64,000 bases of DNA from Schmidtea polychroa (taxonomy: Eukaryota), in contig CM097887.1 in assembly GCA_044892525.1 (NCBI GenBank), forward strand, positions 35,526,001 to 35,590,000, in the 5' to 3' direction. Positions 52,939 through 64,000 of this stretch are shown piece by piece (positions within the stretch are counted from its first letter, which is position 1; the number at the start of each line of letters is the position of its first letter). Under the pieces are notes generated by a model. That model was given only the letters and a program-made list of their open reading frames with translations. It did not search any database and was not told the origin of the DNA. The translations under genes were made by a program, and so were the position numbers.

Positions 52939-55900
52939 ATACATTTGGTTTTTGACATTTGATGCAATATATTATATTGCATCAAATGTCAAAAACCAAA
53001 TGTCAATCAATTTTATGTGGGTATCTAATCCAATTCGTTAATCATTACACAAGGTCTACTATTTAAAGAGTTGTACAAATATTACAAGAACTTTATGCAC
53101 ATATGATTTCTTTTCAATTGGCAAAGCTTTAGAAGAAAGAATCAGTAAATATATCGATATTTTTTGATATTCACGAATTTTCGGTAATGCCTTTTCCAAG
53201 TGTACAATTAGGTTAATGAATTAATAAATCTTAAGATGAACTCAAGTATTCTAACTAAAATTATTTTATAGGTGACTTATTATATGTAATAATTATTATT
53301 TTAGATTAATAAGTTCTTATAAAATCCAAACGTAAATGAATAAAGCAATAAAAACTTTGGCCTAACCTATATTATTTTTATATGAAAGCTATAGACAAAT
53401 ATGTACATAAAATATTGCAATGTGAAGTCATTTTTCATTCATAATGTGGGTTTAGCTATTTATAGTAAAAAAAAAACTGTTCAACAAATGCTAATTTGCA
53501 CTCCGTGAATTAAAACAATAAATTACACATTGAAATTTAGAGATATTTTATATTTAAAATAAGTATGCCTATTTTTTCGTATAAAAATCAACATTTTGGT
53601 CATTTTGTTGATTTAAAAATAATTCTCAGTACTAAATTATTTATTAACAAAATCTTTTATCTTTTGCATCACTATTGACAAATTACAATTTCTTATTTTT
53701 TTCAAATTTTCGGCCTAACGCTTTTCAAGTGTTTGCTTACTAATCTTTATTTACTTGATAAATAGATGATTTTTTATATTTTGATCTAAATTTATTTGAT
53801 AACATCTTAATTTTTCAAAAAATATGAAAATAGATATTTTAATTCCATGGAAGAGGTTTGAGAGGTTGTTGCTAGAAGTTCTTATTAAATCTGTCTTTTA
53901 AATATTGGCATTTTGTATTGTGAACGGAAGTCCACAATGTTTTTTCCCATTGTAGTAATTCTGATTTTGTTTTCGCTGTGTTCATTTATTCACAAAAATT
54001 ACAGCTACTTTTTGCAAAGAAATAAAAAATCACTCAATAAAATTAATTTAAAATATAAATTATAATTTTACTTCATCCATATTTATCTTTTGGTTTCACT
54101 TTTGATATATTTTTTAATTCAATAATTTTCATATTAATATTTGTAAGACTATAGATCAAAACAATATAGTATACCTTATAAATTGTTTTGATCTATCATT
54201 TTAAAAATATTAATATGAAAATTTTACTTCTATAAATCGGATTGCAACATTTCGATCATATTGCGGTAAGGATGTAATATAATAAAGTATTAATGGATAA
54301 AACAATGATGAAACAATTTGCATTTCATCTTTCCATTAATGATTATTGCTGAATTCTGTTAAAATATTTCTTGGTCATATTTTGTTATTTAGCCAATAAA
54401 GCGCCCAGCATACCAGTTAAAAACGGCTGCAATTTCAAACCGGCATAAATAAAAAATAATTACCTATGTCTTTTTCGGGCTGCGGTGGCAATTTTGTACG
54501 GTGGAGACCTATAGTATCTCCCGCTCCATGCATGGAAAATAATTCATTTACATTAGAATTAATCTTATTTTGTGTAAAGATATGATTTCGAAAATTATTT
54601 TTGTTATCTGAAACGTTAACAGAATTTGTACCAGGTGAAATCATTGTAATATTGTCAGGGTTAAGTTGGTTACAAATCTGAGACCAATTACTTCCATTTA
54701 GAGTTTGTTGTAAAGGGAAATATATTTTACTTTGTAAATACGAATTCTGTCCCAAATCATATTCTATGAAGCAAATTTAAACAATCAATTAACATCCGTT
54801 AAACTTTACCGCTATTTTGGACCTTAGAGAGATCTTGAAAAGACAGTCCACTGATCGAGTTGAAGGTTGGAAATATTTGGACTAAAACTTCTTTGTAACA
54901 CTTCCAAAGCGCATCTGAGTCTCCAGAATTAGAGAACGAACTTTCTGAGGTCACTTGTAATTCATTCACAAATGGATTCTTTTCTAAATAGTTTTCATTT
55001 TGTCGAATGAACGATATCATGGAATTTATTTCATTAAAAATTCCATTATTTTCCTCGGAAATTTTTTGTCTTAAAATTATAAGATCGTTTTGTATTTGAT
55101 TGAAAGCATTTCTCAATTCGATCATCCCTTTCAAATCCATATTTAATAAATTGAATTTAAATTTATCCATAATTTAAATAATTAATAAAATCCCATACCA
55201 ATGTGGATGTCATTTAACTTCGAAATAAAACACGGCTGACATTGGGCACCTGTCTAATCCAACATATTATTTAAAGATTTTTTTGTTTTAAACTACTTCA
55301 TTTAACACTATATGGGGCTGTATTTTTAATGTATATTTAAAAGGTGGACAAATATCTGCGCTGAGTTCACAAAGATTTGTCTCTTATTAGTTAGAGGCTG
55401 TAATTTATAGGCCTACTTCAAAACGCTAAAGAAGCAGTATTATTATTGAAAAGGAAAAATCGTACATTATCTATGGTAACTAATCTTTAGACTAATTAGT
55501 ACGTGTTAGAAAATTAAGTTCCCTGGCCCGAGTGTAATTTTTCAGCACTAGTAAAATAAACGTCGAATAACAAATATTTCAAAATTTCTATACACTAACG
55601 TCCCCTTTGTACCATTGACCTTGTCGAGGATAAGTAAATAATGAAATCTAATAATTATTAAATGAATAAAATGATCATGGAAAAAATGTATGAAATGGCG
55701 ATAGGTTGTTCCAAAATCCTGAGAAAAAAAAGTAAGAAAAAAAAATTGAAAATGAGAAAAAATAACGAAGTCAATAAAATTTAAACAATGAAATGCGACA
55801 AGGTCGTTCTTAATTAACAAATACAAAGTGAAGAAGGAAAAACAAAAACAAAATGGAAATTAAATTTTCATATCTTGATAGCCTGTTCGAGATAAAGAAA

Positions 55901-57363
55901 AGGGATCACCAAGAAAGTCGAGAGATAGCGTCTTTTAAAAATTATGGATCTTGAAAGGTAATAAAGAGATAATAAATAAACTGAAGATGACTGAAGGGAA
56001 AGTACTGAAGGAAGACATTTAAACTCAAGTCAATATTACTAAGTGCCATTAGATTGCAGACTATACAAGGAAACACAACTTGAATCAAGAGACAGAATTT
56101 GAAAAGGAAAATGGGCACGCAATTTAGAAAGTAGACAGAAAAGAAAATAGAATTAAAACGAAACGCAAAGTGAAGTACGTAATTTCCAGAAAAAACATTG
56201 TCGGATCGAAGAAGCAATCTAAAACAAATTAAAGTTATTAATCGTAAGTATCAAGTAATTTCAAACGTGCTATTCTTACCGAAGGGCATTCAAGTCATCG
56301 TTGTAATATTAAAATACTGGTATCGCTGTAAATTGGTAATCACTTGTGTTAATCATTAAGAGTATATATTGCCTGGAATTCGTCGCTGTTGTTACCAGAT
56401 AAAACATGCTTGGAGTAAGATCAATAATTGGTAATATTTAATTTCACCGACAACCTCAACAGCTTTCTAGAGACTAAACTACAGACAGCTAACCTTCTCT
56501 TATTGTAAAATTGAATAATTACTTTGATTCAGGATTTTTTTAAATAAATACATCTAAACGACTAAAAAACAATAAAGAGAATCAGCTTCAATTATTATCT
56601 ATATATGTCACATTTTATGTACAAATAATGAAAAATTCAATTACTTGTAAGCATAATTGTTTCTCTCATTGCTAATGTGGAAACTGAAACCTCTTTCTTG
56701 AAATTCAATTCAAGCTATCAAAAGAGCTGGAACTGATGTCCAAGCATAGATAGACATCTCTTATTTTATTCAAAAACACACGCATGAATTATTTTCACAA
56801 AAAAAGATTTTGCGTAAATTTGAATTTCTCTTTTTTTCTCCATCCTTACTATTTAGACTGGCTTTATAAACGAAGCCTTTAGCGGGTCAGAATCTACAGA
56901 CAACGGATAGTGTAAGGTTTAGTGGATGCAGAAGCCAAATTAAATTTGTTTTTATGCAACATGTGTAAAGTTGTTTACATAAATTTCTGAGAAATTAATT
57001 GACTAATTATATTAATTTTATAATAATTCTTAATATAAATATCAAACAAATAAACGTGAAAATTAATTATTGGAATAAATTATAATAGTTTGGGAAATGT
57101 ACAGCGATCTTTGTTTATCTAAATGACAAGAATAGAATTTTTTAGAATTGAAAAATAAATAATAATTACCAAATTATTTGTTTTAAACATGCGAAACGAT
57201 GTTACGCTTTCTTGTTGGAAATGTACATTTTCAATTTTAGTTTTGCTTAACTGTGTCATGGATGAATATTAAATTTTTTTTACACTATCGCTTGAAATTA
57301 ATAATTTTAAAAAGAAATGTAATGTTGTAATGGTGTATTTTTTTACGGATGTCTAACATTAAA

Positions 57364-57670
57364 ATAATATAAACATTACAAGCTTTGTGATACCCAGTGC
57401 AAATCCCAATAGTAAATTAGTTTCGAGGTTTTGGCTCTCATCAGTGCTATGCAGGAGACGCGAAGATTTCTCTTCGCGCCAGGTAAGTATACAATATTGC
57501 TGATTCAACTCTATTGCATACTTTCCCTGCTACACTGGAAATCACATCACTTGCAAATTAGCTAAATCACAGAAACAAATATCTGTAAACTTGTAAACAT
57601 GGCGAATGAAAAATCATTTTTGCTTCTGGAGTATCACATTTGCACTGGGTATCACAAAGCTTGTAATGTT

Positions 57671-57678
<8 letters not shown>
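57364..57678. mobile_element. MITE-like element with 41-bp perfect terminal inverted repeats, followed by (TA)n
   Basis: ataatataaacattacaagctttgtgatacccagtgcaaat (57364-57404) is the reverse complement of 57638-57678. Confidence 0.8.
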
Positions 57679-57703
<25 letters not shown>

Positions 57704-59776
57704 ATGTTGTTACGCTGAGTTGCAATGGATAAAATCCGCAATAAATTATGTTGTCATCTCTATCAGTTGATCATTTTTATTTGCTTTTATTGTTATAAAA
57801 TATATAAAATGTCAAAACACCTAAAAGTGAATAGCAAAAACTGAAAAGAAAAGGTGAAAAGGACAGATCAATTGAAGAAGTGGAAAAATGTGAAACCATT
57901 AAATTCATATTTTAGTAAAAATGATATTACTAAAAATCAAGATAAAGGAAAATCAGAATCTGATAAAATGGAAGAATGCATTAAATCAAACAATGAGAAT
58001 GGGAATTTGGAATTAAATATTCCATAAACAGCGATTTTTTCTATTGTTGAGCTCAAAACGTTTGACATTACAGATTTTATGAATAAACATTGGATGAAAT
58101 AATGAAAGTAATGGAAACAGATATTAATTGAATTTGCTAAAGATGTTACTCAAGATTGGAGAATGTTTTCCAAAAGGTTATTATAAATGAGGACAGAAAC
58201 GAAGAGAATGAATATGCTACTTATTGAAATTACATATTGTTATTTATCGACCGTGCCTATTATATTTACAATCAAAAAGCCACCAGGAACCCTGGTTGCA
58301 ACTTGCAAGACATGAGAAACTGGGGAAAGATCACGGAAAAATTTCTAAACATAATTAATTAAAAGATTATATGTTAACTGTTCTTTCTCAATCACAGTTC
58401 CTTGAACAAACTAGTTAAGCCATTGATCAAAATTACTCAAAAAGTTAAAGTGAGTTCGTTAATTTGATAATCAAGGACACGAGTCAACCAATCCAATAAA
58501 GAATTTACTGGCCCAAAAAAATTAAAACTCTAAATATTACGTATGCTAAAAATTCACATTTTCATACCTATCCCCTTGTTACACACCGTACATTTTAGGA
58601 CCCCTCCCTACAAACTTGAAAAGTAGATTTAGCCAATCAGAAGACATAATATTTATCATTTCGCTTATGTTTAATAGTTTAATATCATCTTTGCTCACTG
58701 AAGAAAGATTTAAAATTTTTTGTTTGATTTGTACACTATTTAAAAATAAAAGCGAAAGCGAAGACTTCATCCATCACCACGTCTATCATCATTTCATATT
58801 TTATGTTATTTTAAGTGTCCTGAAACCATTCATTGTTGTAGGCTCTTTTATGTAATTTAAATTACCTCAATTCATACCATATTTTTCTTAAAGTTCACCG
58901 TTAATATCTATCCTTAAAAAATAAAAAATAAAAATTAATCATTAACTAAAGTCCATCCGTATATTACATACCCACTGATGTTTTGGTTGGCTATTTATGA
59001 ACTGTTAGAATTTCAAAGTTGCAGAATGTGTTCACATTCTATCATGAGCCCTTCGCCCTTCCCCATACGAAAATTCTCCTAAATCCAACCACTCCCCTCC
59101 CCTCAGTGCATACATAATATATGAATGGGCCCTAATGAGCCAATTACGACGCACCAGTGTCCAAAATAAAAGAACAAGACAAAGGGAACATTTATTCAAA
59201 ATATCAATTCAATTGTGCCGAAAAGTTGGAATGCGAAATTGCCCATCTTGAAAAGAATTAAATAACCAATCAGACCGTATTTGTGAACTCCCGAAATAAT
59301 TTTTATTGTATAAAAAGACGAGGATTGAAATGTTACAAAATTCTATTTTTAAATAACTCAAAATGGCAGAGATTTGTATTTGGAATTCAAAATTTATTTT
59401 CAAATTACATTTGCTTTGCATTTATATTTTTCTAATCCTCTATTAAAAATATCTCTTTTTCTCATTTGAAAAATACATTGTCTGTGGATTTTATTGTTGA
59501 TATTGACGTTTTCTACGTCCAATTCGTCGCACTGATCGACGCCAGTGAACGAATGAATGGATTTGCAGTCATTTATAGCATAGCTCTCATTGGCTGAATA
59601 ATCATCGTTTTGGCGCAGATCAAGTTCTATCTAAAATACAAAAAAAATACACCAGGCCATTTACAAAAAAACGACAATTATCAACAGCCAAAAATTATTT
59701 CAGCATTCAACTTGGAAAAAAGAAATAATCAATTTTTATTATTTTTTGATTTTCAAATTTTAAATTATGTCAAATT

Positions 59777-60547
59777 TAAAGTGACCAGATATTTTTTGTT
59801 GGAATGCGGGACATTTTCAAATTAAAACCGTATAATCCGGGATGTCTGGCCACTTTATACTAAACCTATACACGAATACACACTAATAACGTGTGTATTA
59901 TTGAATACTATGACAAGAACACTATTTTTTATTTCTTCGTTAGAATAATGTGTATATTTCATATTTAAATTGTATAAAGACTGTATACTGATTATTTAAC
60001 CCAGCTGATCAAATTGTACACAACTTACAATGTATAATATTTTATTATATAACTATACATTTTTTGGGAAAAAAGACGAATAAAGAAAAAAATAGAAGAA
60101 ACAGATGCAAAAAGAAGCAAAATAAAAATATTTTAATTTTTTTGATATTCAGGAATTTTCGGCAGCCTTTTTTAAGTGATATATATGAATAATAAATTAA
60201 ACTGATTTAAAAAATAGAATTAAACTTTGCACTTTTGTTTTTGTACACCTAAACTTTTTAAACTGAAATAGCAATTATAGAAATAGATTTTTTAAATACT
60301 TAAGCAATGTGAATTCGCTAAAAACTCATGTCATACTTGAATTGAAACATTTGAATTTTTGAATTTAGATAATTGTTACCAGTTAAACCAAAGCAGTGTT
60401 ATTTAATTGGAAAAGTTACTTTACATATAGATAACAATAATAAGGTAAGATGTACAATACGGGAGATTTCCGGGACAATTTTCAATGCAGGACATACGAT
60501 TTAAATCCGTGAAAGTCCTGAATAATCGGGAACGTCTGGTCACTTTA
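59777..60547. mobile_element. Non-autonomous hAT element, 771 bp
   Basis: 13-bp TIR TAAAGTGACCAGA / TCTGGTCACTTTA; 8-bp TSD GTCAAATT at 59769-59776 and 60548-60555; CGGGAC-type subterminal motifs. Confidence 0.88.
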
Positions 60548-61029
60548 GTCAAATTCAGTCTAAATGCAATCTGTATTTTTAAAAGAAAACAAAAGCATAT
60601 TGGACATTTCAGCTAATTTCTACAGTAGGTTGAAAAGGATAAGTTAATAATAGTGTTTAGAAATTGGTATTTTTACTTTTTATAGCTTTGTTTAAAATTG
60701 AGGAAATTTTTATTGTAATAAATATTTTTGAAAGTGTGTTTTATTAAGATTTAGGTAAAGTAATATTGATGATGCACGCGAAGAGAATATATTAATGACT
60801 TTGTGCCTAAAGTTAAGGAAAAAGTTCTTAGTGAAATCAAACTGGAGATTGCGATTTAAATTAAAATCAAAACGAAGAAAATAAAATGTATGATAATGAT
60901 CTCCAGAAACATGTTCATGAAATGGCTGAAAACTTCGAGTCCGATGATATATCAAATGATGATGATATAAATCCTACTTCTAATGAAGTTATGAATGAAA
61001 ATTGAATCAAATATGGTATAAGATGAGCA

Positions 61030-62460
61030 AATATCAAATGGTGTAGTAACTACACAAATAAGTCGTTTTCATATCTTTTAAAATCTTGGAAACGCCTTTC
61101 AAATTCGTTTAGCAATATTTCAAAAGTATCACTATACTTTTTTGACTTTAAAATAGTTTTGGGTTCATAAATCTCATCTGAAAGGATCTTAGAAGCTGGA
61201 AAATGAAATAAATTTCCTTCTTCAAGTTGATGTTTTATCAATATTAATTTTCTCTCTGTTGCTTTGACATGTTTATACAAAATAGATGCAAATTTGCTCT
61301 TTCTCTGCAATTTTAAATTTAAATCATAAAGAACACCTGTAATATCAACTAAAAACCCTAAATCGCAAAACCAATTAATATCACATAATTCAGAAATCTA
61401 CATTCCCTTTTCAGTAAAAAAACTAGAATCTCTCTTCTCAGAAAAAAAATCTTTTCAAAGTAGAATGAGTGCTAAGCCACCTAACAGATGAAAAATAAAT
61501 CAAATCTCCAAATTCTGCTTCCGATTCTTTTAAAAATAACTGAAATCGGTGGTGTAATGCTCTATTTTTAATAAAATTTACTGTCTTTATAACTATGTCC
61601 ATAACATGATCCATTTGTAAAACACGCCCGGCAAGAGCTTCTTGGTGTATTATACAGTGATAATGAATAAGTTTATTTCCTGTACAATCAAAAGCTTTCT
61701 CTTTCAAAAGAGCAACCATTCCTGATTTATAACCCATCATACTAGGAGTCCCATCGGTAGAAATTCCAAACAACAAATTAATATTTATTTTATTTTCATC
61801 AAGTGAACTACACAGGGCTTCAAAAATGTCAATTCCTCTTGTGGTTCGTTCTTCAACCACATTAAAATCTTGTGTGACACATCGAATAAATATTAGAAGC
61901 TGAGCAGTATCAGTGATATCAGTGCGTTCATCAAGTGCAAGTGAAAAAGCCAAAAACTTTTTTGAATTTTTTTGCAACTGTTCTTTAATTTTATCTCCAA
62001 TATCATCAATTCTACGAGCGATTGTCATATTTGATAAACTAATTTCATTGAACAATGATTTTTTATCAGGACAAACTATTTTTACTACTTTCAATATGCA
62101 TTGCTTTATAAATTCACCATCACTAAATGATTTATTTTTTTAGCTATTTCTTGTGCTATTAGCTAGATAATACTGACGTTTCATTCTGTTCAAAGATTTT
62201 TTAAAGATTTTTTGCTGAGTACATTTTTGATTCTGAAGCTTTTCCAATTTTTCCTTTGTTATTTCTCCACTTAAATTTATCATGAGCTGTGATTGGTATT
62301 ATAGTGGTGTTTGATATTGTATTCCTTTTTAACATCCGCAACATGATTACATATTAAACATATAATCTTATCTTCATTTTCAATTACAAAATAATCCAAC
62401 ATCCATTTATTTTGAAACTTTCGATTTTCATCTTTTAACTTTCGCTTTTTCTCATTCATA
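61030..62460 (-). pseudogene. Buster/SPIN (GTF2IRD2-like) hAT transposase relic
   Basis: MNEKKRKL..RKFQNKW..CLIC..NIKHHY..H; LSNMTIARRI; FSLALDERTD..AQL; STDGTPSM; HCIIHQEAL; VRWLS; frameshifts and deletions. Confidence 0.88.
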
Positions 62461-62980
62461 ACTGTCTCAAATTTAATTTTTTTTTAAATTAATCAAATAA
62501 AATAAAAATTTTAAATCAAGTTTTGTAGCGCCTATTAAAAACTATATTAAATAAACAATGTAAATATGATTAAATAATAAAAATGAGAGTTATGAAGATA
62601 ATTATGTAATTAGATATATTTTTTGATTAATGAAGATTATTTTTTAAATGACTTATTAAAGAAAATTTTTAATAATTGCTTTTTTTAATATAAAAATTTA
62701 TTTTTGAGGTTTTCTACAAAGACAAAATTATTTAAATTGCCAAAAAAATTTCAAAAGCAACATTGATCAATAAAAAATTATGATTTTAAAACTTAGTAAA
62801 AAAATATTCAGCACTTTGTTAACCCCTGGTGTAGTTGATCTAGTAAATGCACACATAACTATGCTTATCTTATGATAAAACAATAATCGATGATAAAATT
62901 GAGGAAAATACATTTAAATTTTCAAATATTGATGAAAATGTTTTAACCTATATTCGTAAAGAATAAAGGCGTTAACTTAA

Positions 62981-63212
62981 CCCTTTCGCCCCTATTGGGA
63001 CAATACGTCCCAGAAACTTTCATCGTGATCCTACTGGGATATTTTCAAAGCAATTTGCGGTGTTATCCCAGGTTATTATCCCAGGACTTTCTAGGATATT
63101 CAGAAGCGCCACGATTACAAAAATGAGAATATTTCATATTTAAGTCAATATTAACAAGTTCCAATATATAAATTTAGCATAGTGTCATTAGCGGAAAGTC
63201 GGTGCGAAAGAG
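62981..63212. mobile_element. piggyBac-type MITE, 232 bp
   Basis: TTAA on both sides (62977-62980, 63213-63216); ends CCCTTTCGC / GCGAAAGAG. Confidence 0.75.
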
Positions 63213-64000
63213 TTAAAATCCCTTTCCTCACGCGAGTATTGTCCTTACAACAATATCTTTCATTTTGCTGATAAAAGCAAGAAAATATATAACAAACATT
63301 TGAAAATGCTTTTCGTTTTAATAAAAATTAAAAAAAAACAAATGTATGTCATATTATTTTGCTTACTGTATACACCAGTGCTCCGCAACAGGTGTGCCGC
63401 GGTAAAATTCAATGTATTGGCATTTTAAAATTTAAATATATGTTGAAATTTTTAAATTTATAAATAAATCTAAATTATAATTAATTTTGGGATTTTATTT
63501 AACTTTATAAGTTTTCGTTAAATTTTCATCTAAAATAAAAATGTATTTAAAATTGTTTTAACCCCTTCAGACCTGAATTAAAAAACTGTCACAGTGAAAC
63601 TGATCACTAATTGTATTGTTGCCAAAAATTGGTGGTATGATTTTAAAACAATCAAAATGGGTGAGTGGAGAGATGGCGATGAAGTAAAATATATTAAATA
63701 AGGAATCTATAAGGTTTTAAATGTTATGTGCATAATTCTGCACACGGAGTCTGAATGGATTAAAATTTATATTTATTTTTGAGGCGGTTTATACCTTCAC
63801 ATTTTTAGCTTAATCTTTATGACGAACTACAAATTCAAGTTATTGCCGAAGTTTTATTTAAACGGCGGTTAGCAATAATAGCAGAGATGGTTTTGGAATT
63901 CGAGTTGGAAATAACGATTACATGTGTAAGGTCAGAAATCAATAAATCTGATATACTAGAATTAACAAAAAATGATTGAAAGTTCTTACAGAAATGACAT

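Overview
AT-rich eukaryotic (animal) genomic DNA; the NDUFA6 gene, a 44-nt intron and a giant Ty3/gypsy element suggest a flatworm/planarian (inference). The window is dominated by one apparently intact, very young 30,679-bp LTR retroelement (3224-33902). It has 4,160-bp near-identical LTRs, TG...CA ends, a 4-bp ATAG target-site duplication and a tRNA-Pro-type PBS, and resembles the giant 'Burro' elements described in Schmidtea mediterranea. Its single 4,617-aa ORF carries Gag (capsid, 3 CCHC knuckles), three ubiquitin-like domains, a Bcl-2-like domain, an internal signal peptide plus a complete chuvirus-type (class III-like) envelope glycoprotein placed in frame BETWEEN Gag and protease, then PR-RT-RNaseH-IN, ankyrin repeats and a second signal/FN3-like/TM membrane protein. 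Separate accessory ORFs encode an IAP-type RING protein, a full-length TRAF, coiled-coil proteins, a type I membrane protein and an LTR-encoded putative transactivator. Together this looks like a candidate enveloped 'complex retrovirus' with an anti-apoptosis/immune-signalling toolkit. The rest of the window is a transposon graveyard: a decayed Polinton/adintovirus-like element (capsids, protease, pPolB), one intact hAT element, Buster-type hAT relics, MITEs and a 129-N gap. All homology calls are by-eye motif recognition; no alignment or HMM search was run.
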